NCBI GenBank assembly: GCA_965279515.1
Contig: CBDIID010000003.1
Span: 3,328,001 to 3,392,000 of the forward strand
Length of the DNA stretch: 64,000 nt
Direction: 5' to 3'
Source: Turneriella sp.
GTDB taxonomy: Bacteria; Spirochaetota; Leptospiria; Turneriellales; Turneriellaceae
This document shows, piece by piece, positions 18,431 to 27,896 of this stretch. The first letter of the stretch is position 1; every line of letters begins with the position of its first letter. A program made the translations under genes and the position numbers. The notes beneath the pieces are model-generated. The model was not told the DNA's origin and made no database searches. It saw nothing but the letters and a program-made list of their open reading frames with translations.

Positions 18431-20367
18431 TGCGAGTTGCGCTACTTGGAAATCCCAATGCAGGTAAGACGACGGTCTTCAACGCGCTCTGCGGCACGCA
18501 CCAGCAGACCGGTAACTATGCCGGTGTCACGGTTGAAAAGAAAACCGGCGAACTGAAAGGCCACGATGAAATCGAAATCATCGACCTGCCGGGTACGTAT
18601 AGCCTGAAGCCCAAATCGGCCGACGAAGAAATTACCGCGGCGGTTCTGGCTGGCGGCGCCGAAGAGAAAAAACCCGACCTCGTGGTCGCCGTTCTCGACG
18701 CCTCAAATCTCAAGCGCTCGCTCTATCTTTGTTTGCAGGCCAAAGAAACCGGCATACCCATGATTGCCGCAATGACCATGAGCGATATCGCCACGCGGCG
18801 CGGCATCAAAATCGATCTCGTCCAGTTGCAAAAACAATTGGGATTTCCCGTTGTGGAAGTGACTTTGGCAACCAAGGGGCAAATCTCACAGCTTTCTTCC
18901 GCAATTGCGGCTTCTGCCTCCAGCCCCCCTCCCCGTTTACAGGGAGGGGCGGGGGGTGGGGACATCGACCAACGCTACGCTGAAGTGGATCGCCTTTTGC
19001 GGAAATGCCTCTCTAAAGAGAAAACCGGTCGCTCGATTTCGGAAAAGATTGATGCCGTTCTGACGCACCGCCTGCTCGGTTTCGTGGCTTTTACCTTAAT
19101 CATCGGCGGCATGTTCTTCAGCATCTATGCGGGCGCGCGACCGGTTATGGATACCATCGACGCTGGTATGAAATCGCTCGGCGGTATGCTGCGCGGGGCT
19201 CTTGGGGCATACCCCGTGACCTCATCGCTGCTCTCCGATGGCGTGCTCGCTGGTGCGGGTTCTGTTTTTGTTTTTGTACCGCAGATTATGATTCTCTTTT
19301 TCTTTATCTCTGTACTCGAAGAAACCGGCTATCTCGCGCGCGCCGCCTTTCTCATGGATAAATTACTCGGCTGGACGGGACTCAACGGCCGGGCCTTTAT
19401 TCCGCTTTTATCGAGTTTTGCCTGCGCCGTACCCGGTATTCTTTCGGCCCGCGTGATGCCCAGCGACCGGGCACGTATGGCGACGATTCTCATCGCCCCC
19501 CTCATGTCATGCTCCGCCCGGCTGCCGGTCTATGTGCTCTTTATCGGTGCCTTTATCGAGCCGCGCTTTGGTGCGCTGTGGGCTGCCGTGACACTCTTTG
19601 GCATGCATCTCGTGGGCATTGTCGTGGCGATGCCGCTGGCCTGGCTACTCAACCGTAAGATTCTCAAAACCGGCACAAGCCCGTTTATTCTTGAACTGCC
19701 CGAATACCATGCACCGCACTGGCCCAATGTCATCCGCCGCGTTTACGATGCGGCGAAGAATTTTCTCACGCGCGTCGGCACGATCATTTTCGCGTTGTCG
19801 ATTGTCATCTGGGCGCTGGCCTATTTTCCGCATAAACAAACAACCTATGACAAAGAGCTGGATCGCTTTGCGAAAGAAGCGGGGGTTGGTAAGGGGGTGG
19901 TGTTAACCACCCCCTTAAATTCACAATTTGAGAACGATCTGCGGGCGGCTTACCTAAAGGATAGTTTTCTCGGGACCTTTGGCCGCGCGGTCGAGCCCAT
20001 ATTCCGCCCGTTGGGTTTTGACTGGAAAATCTCGGTGGCGATTCTTGCGGCGTTTCCCGCGCGCGAGGTCTTCGTCTCGACGCTGGGCATCATCTTCAGC
20101 GTCACTGAAGCCAAGGACGATCCGGCGCTCTTGGGCAAAAAACTCAGCGATGAAAAGAAACCGGACGGGAAGCCGGCTTACGGAACGCTTCTGGCGATTT
20201 CTATCATGATTTTCTTTGCCCTCTGCGCGCAGTGTATGAGTACGCTGGCAACAATCCGCCGGGAGCTCAACAGCACAGGCTGGGCAGTTGCGATCTTCTT
20301 TATTCTAACCGGTATCGCCTATATAATTTCGCTCGCCGTCTACCAGATAGGTTCGAAACTGGTATAG
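18430..20367 (+). CDS. feoB: Ferrous iron transport protein B
   Basis: GNPNAGKT, GNYAGVTVEK, DLPGTYSL, CSARLP, FILELPEY. Confidence 0.97.
   Translation: MRVALLGNPNAGKTTVFNALCGTHQQTGNYAGVTVEKKTGELKGHDEIEIIDLPGTYSLKPKSADEEITAAVLAGGAEEKKPDLVVAVLDASNLKRSLYLCLQAKETGIPMIAAMTMSDIATRRGIKIDLVQLQKQLGFPVVEVTLATKGQISQLSSAIAASASSPPPRLQGGAGGGDIDQRYAEVDRLLRKCLSKEKTGRSISEKIDAVLTHRLLGFVAFTLIIGGMFFSIYAGARPVMDTIDAGMKSLGGMLRGALGAYPVTSSLLSDGVLAGAGSVFVFVPQIMILFFFISVLEETGYLARAAFLMDKLLGWTGLNGRAFIPLLSSFACAVPGILSARVMPSDRARMATILIAPLMSCSARLPVYVLFIGAFIEPRFGALWAAVTLFGMHLVGIVVAMPLAWLLNRKILKTGTSPFILELPEYHAPHWPNVIRRVYDAAKNFLTRVGTIIFALSIVIWALAYFPHKQTTYDKELDRFAKEAGVGKGVVLTTPLNSQFENDLRAAYLKDSFLGTFGRAVEPIFRPLGFDWKISVAILAAFPAREVFVSTLGIIFSVTEAKDDPALLGKKLSDEKKPDGKPAYGTLLAISIMIFFALCAQCMSTLATIRRELNSTGWAVAIFFILTGIAYIISLAVYQIGSKLV
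18923..18963 (+). repeat. BoxC-like repeat (family A) in frame inside feoB
   Basis: GCCCCCCTCCCCGTTTACAGGGAGGGGCGGGGGGTGGGGAC, 36/41 identical to the reverse complement of 7489-7529. Confidence 0.85.
19877..19918 (+). repeat. GCGGGG-N-TAAGGGG hairpin repeat (family B) in frame inside feoB
   Basis: AAGCGGGGGTTGG-TAAGGGGGTGGT-GTTA-ACCACCCCCTTA, 12-bp stem. Confidence 0.75.
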
Positions 20368-21641
20368 TGAATCCTTGGCACTATGTCTATCCGCGTTTTA
20401 CGGAGCGCGAACTCGAACACCGTTTTATCCTGGGTAACAACGCCAAGGCCGCGCAGCAGGCGCGCTGGGGGTTTCTGTTCGGCACCTTTGGGTATGCAAT
20501 ATTGGGCGGCATCTCGTTCTTTCTGCTGCCCGAGTTCTTCGAGAAGTCAAAATATTTCCTCTACGGCTTTATCGTGCCGACGCATTTCACGGCGGCTATT
20601 TCTGTAGGCTTCTTCGGCAGGTTCTTTTACCTGCAATGGATTCTGGTTTTTGCCAATGTTTTCAGCAATGCCTGTGCAATCATGCTCATGTACCTCTCGC
20701 CCGACGCCTTCTACCTGAAGTACGGCTATGGTCTGGTCATTTGTATTATTATCTATACCTTCGCCATGCTACGGCTGAGGACCTTTTTCGCGATTGCTGC
20801 ATCGGGGCTTGTACTGGCACAATACCTCGCCTTCCTTATATTCATCCGGCCGATGCCGATGATCGATATTGTCTATGCGCTGGCGATAATCCTGTTCGTA
20901 AATACAGCGGGCCTGGTTTCGGTATTCTTTTTTGAACTCAATGCCCGCACCGAGTTCATGCAGAATCGCACGATCGAAGAGCAGACGAGGCAGCTCGGCG
21001 AAGAGAAAAAGCGCTCCGAAGCCTTGCTGCGCAATATCTTACCTGAAACAGTAGCCAACCGCCTGCTTTCGGGCGAGCGCACCATTGCCGATTATTTCGA
21101 GAGTGTTTCGGTGCTGTTTGCAGATATCGAAGGTTTCACCAGTCTCGCCCGCCGGCTCAAGGCGCAGGAGCTCGTGCAGTTTCTGAACAGCATCTTCAGC
21201 AGTTTCGATTCGCTGGCCGAAGTTCTGGGCCTCGAGAAAATCAAGACCATCGGCGACGCTTATATGGTCGGTGCGGGCTTACCGGCCGCCAGCGAAGACC
21301 ATGCGCAGCGCTGCTTTGCCATGGCGCAGGGCATGCTGCGTATTCTCGAAGAAGAGAACAAAAACCTGTCAGAACCACTGCGCCTGAGAATCGGCATTGC
21401 CTCGGGGCCTGTGGTCGCTGGGGTAATCGGGCAGAATAAGTTCATCTATGATCTTTGGGGCGACACGGTCAATACCGCGAGCCGTATGGAATCTTCGGGC
21501 GTGCCGGGGGAGATCCACATCACGGAGACGACCATGACCGCGCTGGGTAACACTGCACAATTTGTCGACCGCGGCGAAATTGAGATCAAGGGCATCGGCA
21601 AGATGCGCACGTATTTGGCGCGGAGCGCAGAGGTTGCTTAG
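20367..21641 (+). CDS. Membrane-bound class III adenylate/guanylate cyclase
   Basis: GTG overlapping the feoB stop; ~6 TM helices; LLRNILP, VLFADIEGFT, KIKTIGDAYM, YDLWGDTVNTASRMES. Confidence 0.92.
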   Translation: MNPWHYVYPRFTERELEHRFILGNNAKAAQQARWGFLFGTFGYAILGGISFFLLPEFFEKSKYFLYGFIVPTHFTAAISVGFFGRFFYLQWILVFANVFSNACAIMLMYLSPDAFYLKYGYGLVICIIIYTFAMLRLRTFFAIAASGLVLAQYLAFLIFIRPMPMIDIVYALAIILFVNTAGLVSVFFFELNARTEFMQNRTIEEQTRQLGEEKKRSEALLRNILPETVANRLLSGERTIADYFESVSVLFADIEGFTSLARRLKAQELVQFLNSIFSSFDSLAEVLGLEKIKTIGDAYMVGAGLPAASEDHAQRCFAMAQGMLRILEEENKNLSEPLRLRIGIASGPVVAGVIGQNKFIYDLWGDTVNTASRMESSGVPGEIHITETTMTALGNTAQFVDRGEIEIKGIGKMRTYLARSAEVA

Positions 21642-22836
21642 GGTTATACCGCTCTTCGTTTGTTTCGCTTACCTGGGGTGTGGGCAGAGTTGGGGCAAAT
21701 TCTGGGAAGTGGATGTTTGTGAGGTAAACGCCTCTTATACGGAAGCGATTCAGTCGAACCGCGCAGACCAGTTCTTGTACCATCTCAGGGCGCAGCGCGA
21801 TAAAGGCGAGACAGCGATTGCCTCTGCGAATAATACAACCCTCTCAGGTCTTTCCGGCGGATTAAAATGGGCGGGCGGTGTGCTTGCTCCGAATGGAAAA
21901 ATATACACAATTCCAAGGCAAAGCGACGTCGTGGCGATCATTGATCCCGCAACGGATAGTATCAACCTGACAAAAATCACGGGGCTGACGACGACTGCAA
22001 ATAAATGGGTCGGTGGTGTACTGGCGCCCAACGGGAAAATTTACGGAATTCCTTCGGGGAGCTCCAGCGTGCTCATCATTGATCCGGCAACCGACACAGC
22101 CGATACCACCACTATCACGGGGTTAACGGGCACGACTAAATGGTTTGGCGGTGTGTTGGCCCGTAACGGAAAAATCTACGGGATTCCCCGCGATAGTAAT
22201 TTTGTCCTGGTGATTGATCCCGCGACAAATACCGCCGATGCCACAACGATCAGCGTACCGGCCGGTACATCGAAATGGTTCGGCGGCGTTCTGGCTCCGA
22301 ATGGTAAAATCTATGCAATTCCCGCCGACGCGACCAGTGTACTGATTATCGATCCCGAAAAGAACTCTGCCGATACGACAACGATTGCTGGCCTCTCGTC
22401 GGGTACCGGTAAATGGTCGGGTGGTGTTCTGGCCCCCAACGGCAAGATTTACGCGATTCCGGGATCGGGTGACAATGTGCTCATCATCAACCCCGAGAAT
22501 AACTCGGTCGATACGACGACGATTACGGGCCTGGGGGCGACGACCGTCAAATGGCTGGGGGGCGTTTTGGCCCCCAACGGCAAAATCTACGGTATGCCCC
22601 ACAATATCGCCATTGGAAATCTGCTGATTATTGATCCGGCGATAAATACGGCGGATATAACCTCTGTGGGCGGTTTGACAGGCGGCACAGACAAGTGGTT
22701 CGGTGGAGTACTCGCGGGGAATAAGAAGATCTATGGCATGCCCTTCGACAGTACCGTGGGTTTGATTCTGGATACTAAGTCGAAGGGCGCCTTCTGCGAC
22801 GCGGTGCTCCAGTCGGCATACCTGAATAAATATTAA
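21634..22836 (+). CDS. Lipoprotein with seven KWxGGVLAPNGKIY repeats (7-bladed beta-propeller)
   Basis: TTG start, LGC lipobox; seven ~44-aa repeats. Confidence 0.8.
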   Translation: MLRVIPLFVCFAYLGCGQSWGKFWEVDVCEVNASYTEAIQSNRADQFLYHLRAQRDKGETAIASANNTTLSGLSGGLKWAGGVLAPNGKIYTIPRQSDVVAIIDPATDSINLTKITGLTTTANKWVGGVLAPNGKIYGIPSGSSSVLIIDPATDTADTTTITGLTGTTKWFGGVLARNGKIYGIPRDSNFVLVIDPATNTADATTISVPAGTSKWFGGVLAPNGKIYAIPADATSVLIIDPEKNSADTTTIAGLSSGTGKWSGGVLAPNGKIYAIPGSGDNVLIINPENNSVDTTTITGLGATTVKWLGGVLAPNGKIYGMPHNIAIGNLLIIDPAINTADITSVGGLTGGTDKWFGGVLAGNKKIYGMPFDSTVGLILDTKSKGAFCDAVLQSAYLNKY

Positions 22837-23174
22837 GAACCCAAGATTGCCCGCAGCAGGTCGCCGACCGTCTTATGGCGTTCGATGCCGTGGCGCAGGT
22901 GGGCATCGTTATGGATACGGTAGCGGTTGCGCCGCCCCTCTTTTTTGACCGATAAAACTTTTACAACCGTCAAATCTTTGACGATGGTCAGGACCGCCCG
23001 TTCCGTAATGCCCACCAGCGCCGCGACTTGCCTGAGGGTAATGCCGGGGTTAGCGGCGAGACAGATCAGCACATGCGTGTGGTTCGTCAGAAAGGTGAAG
23101 TCATGCGGTGGCAGCGCTCTTTTCGTGGGTCGGCGGCGGGTCAGCAAGGTGTTTGCGGAATCAGGAATGCACAC
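22833..23174 (-). CDS. Winged-helix (MarR/ArsR-like) regulator, start uncertain
   Basis: FTFLTNHTHVLICL, VGITERAV, KEGRRNRY. Confidence 0.8.
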   Translation of the reverse strand: MCIPDSANTLLTRRRPTKRALPPHDFTFLTNHTHVLICLAANPGITLRQVAALVGITERAVLTIVKDLTVVKVLSVKKEGRRNRYRIHNDAHLRHGIERHKTVGDLLRAILGS

Positions 23175-23219
23175 TTGCGCTCAACTGTTTTTCGCTTGTG
23201 GACGAGTCTGGACCTCAAA

Positions 23220-23255
23220 TACATGAATTAGTATTCATGTAAAAAAATACATGTA
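23220..23255. promoter_or_regulatory. Probable operator between the wHTH gene and the GH18 gene
   Basis: TACATGAAT-TAGT-ATTCATGTA (23220-23241) plus TACATGTA (23248-23255). Confidence 0.6.
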
Positions 23256-23270
23256 ATCGGAGTGAGTTAA

Positions 23271-24749
23271 GTGAAAAAAGTGCAGAAAAAGACGGTCCAT
23301 AAGCAGGCGAAACCCCTATCGGCTTCGCGCCAGGGGTCCGATACTAAAAAGAAGACCATGTCACCCCGTAAAAATCCCCCTGTCCAGGAACCCGTAACTG
23401 AGGTCCAGGCGCCCGTAGAAGCTGCAACGGTTGAGCCGTCACGCCGTCGCAAGCTGGCCCTGCCACTGGGTATTACCGGCGCACTCTTGCTGATTGCGAC
23501 ACCTTTTGCCATACGCATGGCGAATCAGCCGCCGCAGGTGAAGATCGACAAACCGGCCAGCATGCCGGCAAGCGCTGAGGCTGGGTCAGTCAAACCTGTG
23601 GTACCAGCAGGGCCTCCGGGGCCGCTCAAGGCATCGAGCTGGTCGTTTGATTATAAGGTAATGCTGCAATATGCGCACCTCTACGACGAACTGCATCCCT
23701 TTATCTATTCGCTCAAAGGCCGCCACAACAATAACGGCGAACTTGTGTCATCGTGGGGCCATACGCAGAAGCTCGAGCGCGTGGCTGCGCTTCGCGCCAA
23801 GAATCCGAAACTCAAGATCATCCCCACGATTTTCCGTTGGGAGAACCCCGGCGAAAAAATCCAGGAGGCGATCGGCCTCGGCGGCCGTAATGACATCCGC
23901 GACAAACACATTGGTATTATCTTGAACGAAGTCATGACCTACGGTTATGATGGCATTGATATTGATTATGAAGGTATGAGCTGCGGCAAAAAAGAGAAAT
24001 TCGAAGAATTTATTGTTAAACTCTCGGGCGAACTGCATTCACGCAGCAAACTGCTTTCCGTCGCTGTGCATCCCAAAACGGGCACAGACAATGAAGAGAA
24101 CGATATCAAGAAATGCAAGGGCCTGAAAAATTCAATCACGATGGACTTTCGTGAGAACTGGCGCGGACCGCTGACGCATGACTATGCGTTTCTCGGCAAG
24201 CACGCTGACATGGTGAAGATTATGGCATACGAGCTGCACCCGCGTAAGTACCGCAACCCAGGCCCCGGCCCGCAGGCGCCGGGTGTCTGGCTTACGGAAA
24301 TCATTAACTACGCGCAGGATAAAATCCCTGCGGAAAAACTCTACATGGCGATACCGACCTATGGTTATGACTGGGGTCTCAACTGCAAGGCGCCGGTGAA
24401 GGCTGTCTATTACCACGACGTGCAACGTATCAAGGCGGGCGCGCACAAGGTGCAGCAGCCGACCGACATCAATAAGATTCTCGATACCGAGAAGGGCGCG
24501 CGCAGCTGGAGCAATTTGCGTAAGTTCCGCGACATCCATGACGAGAAGGTCTATGAAGACCCGTCGTTGTGGTACACATTGAATGGCTGCCAGCGGGTAG
24601 CGTTCTTTATGGATAAGGTTGCGTTTGCCGAAAAGATGGCGCTCTTGCAAAAACATCGCCTCGCGGGTTTTTCATTCTGGCAGCTCACAAAAGACAACGA
24701 TCCCGAGATCCATAACTATCTCGCGACGCTGCCACGGCCATCGAAATAG
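23271..24749 (+). CDS. Membrane-anchored glycoside hydrolase family 18
   Basis: Basic N-tail, TM helix, YDGIDIDYE catalytic motif, IMAYE, IPTYGYDW, GFSFWQL. Confidence 0.85.
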   Translation: MKKVQKKTVHKQAKPLSASRQGSDTKKKTMSPRKNPPVQEPVTEVQAPVEAATVEPSRRRKLALPLGITGALLLIATPFAIRMANQPPQVKIDKPASMPASAEAGSVKPVVPAGPPGPLKASSWSFDYKVMLQYAHLYDELHPFIYSLKGRHNNNGELVSSWGHTQKLERVAALRAKNPKLKIIPTIFRWENPGEKIQEAIGLGGRNDIRDKHIGIILNEVMTYGYDGIDIDYEGMSCGKKEKFEEFIVKLSGELHSRSKLLSVAVHPKTGTDNEENDIKKCKGLKNSITMDFRENWRGPLTHDYAFLGKHADMVKIMAYELHPRKYRNPGPGPQAPGVWLTEIINYAQDKIPAEKLYMAIPTYGYDWGLNCKAPVKAVYYHDVQRIKAGAHKVQQPTDINKILDTEKGARSWSNLRKFRDIHDEKVYEDPSLWYTLNGCQRVAFFMDKVAFAEKMALLQKHRLAGFSFWQLTKDNDPEIHNYLATLPRPSK

Positions 24750-24784
24750 CTTTATCCCCTGTTTCGACAACCGGTTCTGCACCC

Positions 24785-26773
24785 ATGGCAATGGTGCAGG
24801 TAAAGATCGGTGATCAAAGCGGAGAGTTCTCTGCCGAGACGACATTCGCCGAAGTTGTTGAGAAAATTGCACCGACGCAGCGCAAGGCTGCACTGGGGAT
24901 TGAGGTCGAAAAGGTCAGTTATGACCTGAGCCGTCCGCTTTCAGCGATTGCTTCGTCGAATATTGTCGCGAAAATTCTGACCTTCGAAGACGAAGCCGGA
25001 AAAGAAATGTTTTGGCATTCGAGCGCGCACACACTCGCGCAGGCTCTGAAACGCCTTTATCCGCACATTCAGCTCGAAGACGGTCCGGTCGTCAAGAATG
25101 GTCCCGGTTTCTTTTTTTATGATGTTTTGCTCGAAGATAAGATAAACGAAGAAGCCTTCGAAAAAATCGAGGCAGAGATCCAGAAGGTTATCCGCGAGAA
25201 CCATCCCGTAAAACGCCATGTGATGACGCGCGCCGATGCCGTGGCAAAGTTCAAGGCGATGGGCGAACATCTCAAGGTCGGCATCATCGAACGCTTGCCG
25301 GAGAATGATGAAATACGCATCTACGAACAGGGCGAATTTGCAGATCTCTGCCGCGGGCCGCATGTACCTTCCACCGGCAAGCTCGGCGTTTTTAAACTCA
25401 CCACGGTTGCGGGTGCCTATATTGGCGGCAAGTCTGAGAACCAGATGTTGCAGCGCATCTATGCAGTCAGCTTTCCCGATAAACATCTGCTGAAAGAACA
25501 TTTTCGCCTGCTCGAAGAGGCGAAGAAGCGCGACCACCGTAAGCTTGGCGGCGAGCTCGAGCTCTTTGCGACCGAAGACAAAATCGGCCCGGGGTTAATT
25601 CTCTGGCTGCCGCGTGGCAATATCATTAAGGATGAACTCGAAAACTGGGCGAAAGAAACAGAAGCGAAAAACGGCTACCAGCGTGTGACAACGCCGATTG
25701 TCACCAAAGAAGACCTGTTTTACCAGAGCGAGCATCTGCCGCATTACATGGATCACATGTTTCCGCCGATGCAGATGGATAACCAGAATTATTATATCAA
25801 GCCGATGAACTGCCCGTTCCATCATACAATCTTCGGTCACAGGCCGCGCAGTTATCGTGAACTGCCGTTGCGTATGGCGGAATACGGTACCTGCCATCGC
25901 TTTGAAGATTCCGGTGCGCTGATGGGCCTGATGCGTGTGCGCGCGATGCAGATGAACGACGCGCACATCTATTGCAGCGAAGAGCAGGCGGTCGAAGAGT
26001 TTAAGGCGGTTATCAAGCTGCACGAGTACTACTACAAGACGCTGCACATCGCAGATTACCACATGGTGCTCTCGCTCAGAAATCCCAATAATAAAAAATA
26101 CCACGGTGAAGACGCAATGTGGGATAAAGCCGAGGCGCTGACGCGCCAGGCAATGGAAGAGTCGGGTGTGCAGTATGTCGTCGAGAACGACGGCGCAGCA
26201 TTCTATGGCCCCAAGATGGACTTCCAGATCAAGAGCTCCATTGGCCGCGAGTTCACTTCGTCGACCTGCCAGCTCGACCTCTTCATGCCGATGAAATTCG
26301 ATCTCAAGTATGTCGACAAAGACGGGACCATGAAGCGCCCTGTATGTATCCACCGCTCACCGCTGGGCACGCATGAGCGTTTTATCGGCTTTCTGATCGA
26401 ACACTTTGCCGGGGCATTCCCTATCTGGCTTGCTCCCGAGCAGGTGAGGATTCTGCCCGTAAACGCCGCGCATATGGAGTACGGCACCAATCTTGCTGCA
26501 GAATTCCGCGAGGCTGGCATCCGTGTTCATATCGAAGAACCCGAAGAGAGTTTGGGCAAGCGCATCCGCACTGCAGAGAAATTGAAAGTTCCCTATATGC
26601 TGGTTATCGGAGACAAAGAAGTTGCGGGCGGTATCATCAATGCGCGTAATTATTTTACAACAGAGCAAAAGGAATATGCCCGCGCGGATTTCCTGCGTCT
26701 CGTAAAAGAAGAAATTCGTACCAAACAAATCACCGAATTCGCGAACAAGGCGGGGGCCCCTAAGGGGGCGTAA
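24785..26773 (+). CDS. thrS: Threonine--tRNA ligase
   Basis: WHSSAH, DLCRGPH, RDHRKLG, KPMNCPFH, AFYGPK, ERFIGFLIEH. Confidence 0.98.
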   Translation: MAMVQVKIGDQSGEFSAETTFAEVVEKIAPTQRKAALGIEVEKVSYDLSRPLSAIASSNIVAKILTFEDEAGKEMFWHSSAHTLAQALKRLYPHIQLEDGPVVKNGPGFFFYDVLLEDKINEEAFEKIEAEIQKVIRENHPVKRHVMTRADAVAKFKAMGEHLKVGIIERLPENDEIRIYEQGEFADLCRGPHVPSTGKLGVFKLTTVAGAYIGGKSENQMLQRIYAVSFPDKHLLKEHFRLLEEAKKRDHRKLGGELELFATEDKIGPGLILWLPRGNIIKDELENWAKETEAKNGYQRVTTPIVTKEDLFYQSEHLPHYMDHMFPPMQMDNQNYYIKPMNCPFHHTIFGHRPRSYRELPLRMAEYGTCHRFEDSGALMGLMRVRAMQMNDAHIYCSEEQAVEEFKAVIKLHEYYYKTLHIADYHMVLSLRNPNNKKYHGEDAMWDKAEALTRQAMEESGVQYVVENDGAAFYGPKMDFQIKSSIGREFTSSTCQLDLFMPMKFDLKYVDKDGTMKRPVCIHRSPLGTHERFIGFLIEHFAGAFPIWLAPEQVRILPVNAAHMEYGTNLAAEFREAGIRVHIEEPEESLGKRIRTAEKLKVPYMLVIGDKEVAGGIINARNYFTTEQKEYARADFLRLVKEEIRTKQITEFANKAGAPKGA

Positions 26774-26782
26774 GCCCCTTTA
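26747..26782 (+). repeat. Family B hairpin overlapping the thrS stop
   Basis: GCGGGGGCCCC-TAAGGGGGC-GTAA-GCCCCTTTA. Confidence 0.65.
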
Positions 26783-26792
26783 GCCCAGTTAC

Positions 26793-27890
26793 ATGGGCAT
26801 GGATATCAAAGATATCATACGGCACCACCAGTTGCCGAACCATGAGCCCTGCCGCGGTATCATCGACGAGCTGCGCCGCTCGCACATGGCGGCAATTACA
26901 CAGAACCTGAAACTCTTAAGTTATTTCGAGCTCGGAAAGTCGTTGCATTCATCCACGAAGCTGAGCAGCGTTTTCGAAGACGTCATTATCCAGATCAGGC
27001 TCATCACCAAAGCACAAAAGGGGTTCATTGTTCTGCACCAGGCGAACAGGGAACAGGAGCAGATTGTTTTCACGACGAACCGCGCAAACCGCATACGCGA
27101 GTTTCGCCTGTCACCGGAAAAGGCGCCGCGTTTTCTGGCCCTGACCGAAGGTCACCTGCCGGTGATCCGCTCGCTTGAGAATATGCGCCGCCTTTGGTAT
27201 GCGCAGCCACAGATCACCGATTCGGAATCACGCGACAAGATGCTGGTGCTGATTTGCCCGATTATCGTGCGCAAAAAAAGACTCGGGGATTTTCTACTGA
27301 TCGGAAATCGTTTTCTCGAAATTTTTGCGCAAAACGATATTTACCTGTTTTCGGGTTTTGCCGAGCAGCTCGGGCATGCGATTCTGAACAGCCAGTATTA
27401 CCAGTGGTCGTTCAAGGATTCACTGACAGGGCTGTATGTGCGGCGCCAACTCGATGAAAAATTTTCACAGCTCGTCGAGGAGTATCAACTCAAGAAAAGA
27501 CCGTTTAGCCTCATTCTCATTGATTTCGATTTTTTTAAGCAGATAAACGATGAATTTGGGCATAACGAAGGCGACCAGGTTCTGAAAGATTTCTCGAATT
27601 TTCTTCTGGGGCAGTTGCGCGAAAAGGACATCGCGATCCGTTATGGCGGCGAAGAATTTGCGGTATTGTTACCCGACGCCACAGAGTCGCTCGCGCAAAA
27701 AGTCGCCTCGCGGCTGTCGGAGAATCTCGCCAAATTCAAATTCTCCACCAGGAAGTCGCATACGATCTCGCAAGGCATTGCCGAATACGTGGGTGAGCAG
27801 CAGATCGAAGCCTTCGTTTCGCGGGCCGATAAAGCGCTGTACCGTGCCAAAAGCAGCGGACGCAATACGATTGTGACCGCGGACAAATAG
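26793..27890 (+). CDS. GAF-like plus GGDEF diguanylate cyclase
   Basis: DSLTGLY, DFDFFKQINDEFGH, I-site REKD, RYGGEEF. Confidence 0.9.
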   Translation: MGMDIKDIIRHHQLPNHEPCRGIIDELRRSHMAAITQNLKLLSYFELGKSLHSSTKLSSVFEDVIIQIRLITKAQKGFIVLHQANREQEQIVFTTNRANRIREFRLSPEKAPRFLALTEGHLPVIRSLENMRRLWYAQPQITDSESRDKMLVLICPIIVRKKRLGDFLLIGNRFLEIFAQNDIYLFSGFAEQLGHAILNSQYYQWSFKDSLTGLYVRRQLDEKFSQLVEEYQLKKRPFSLILIDFDFFKQINDEFGHNEGDQVLKDFSNFLLGQLREKDIAIRYGGEEFAVLLPDATESLAQKVASRLSENLAKFKFSTRKSHTISQGIAEYVGEQQIEAFVSRADKALYRAKSSGRNTIVTADK

Positions 27891-27896
27891 AATCAT

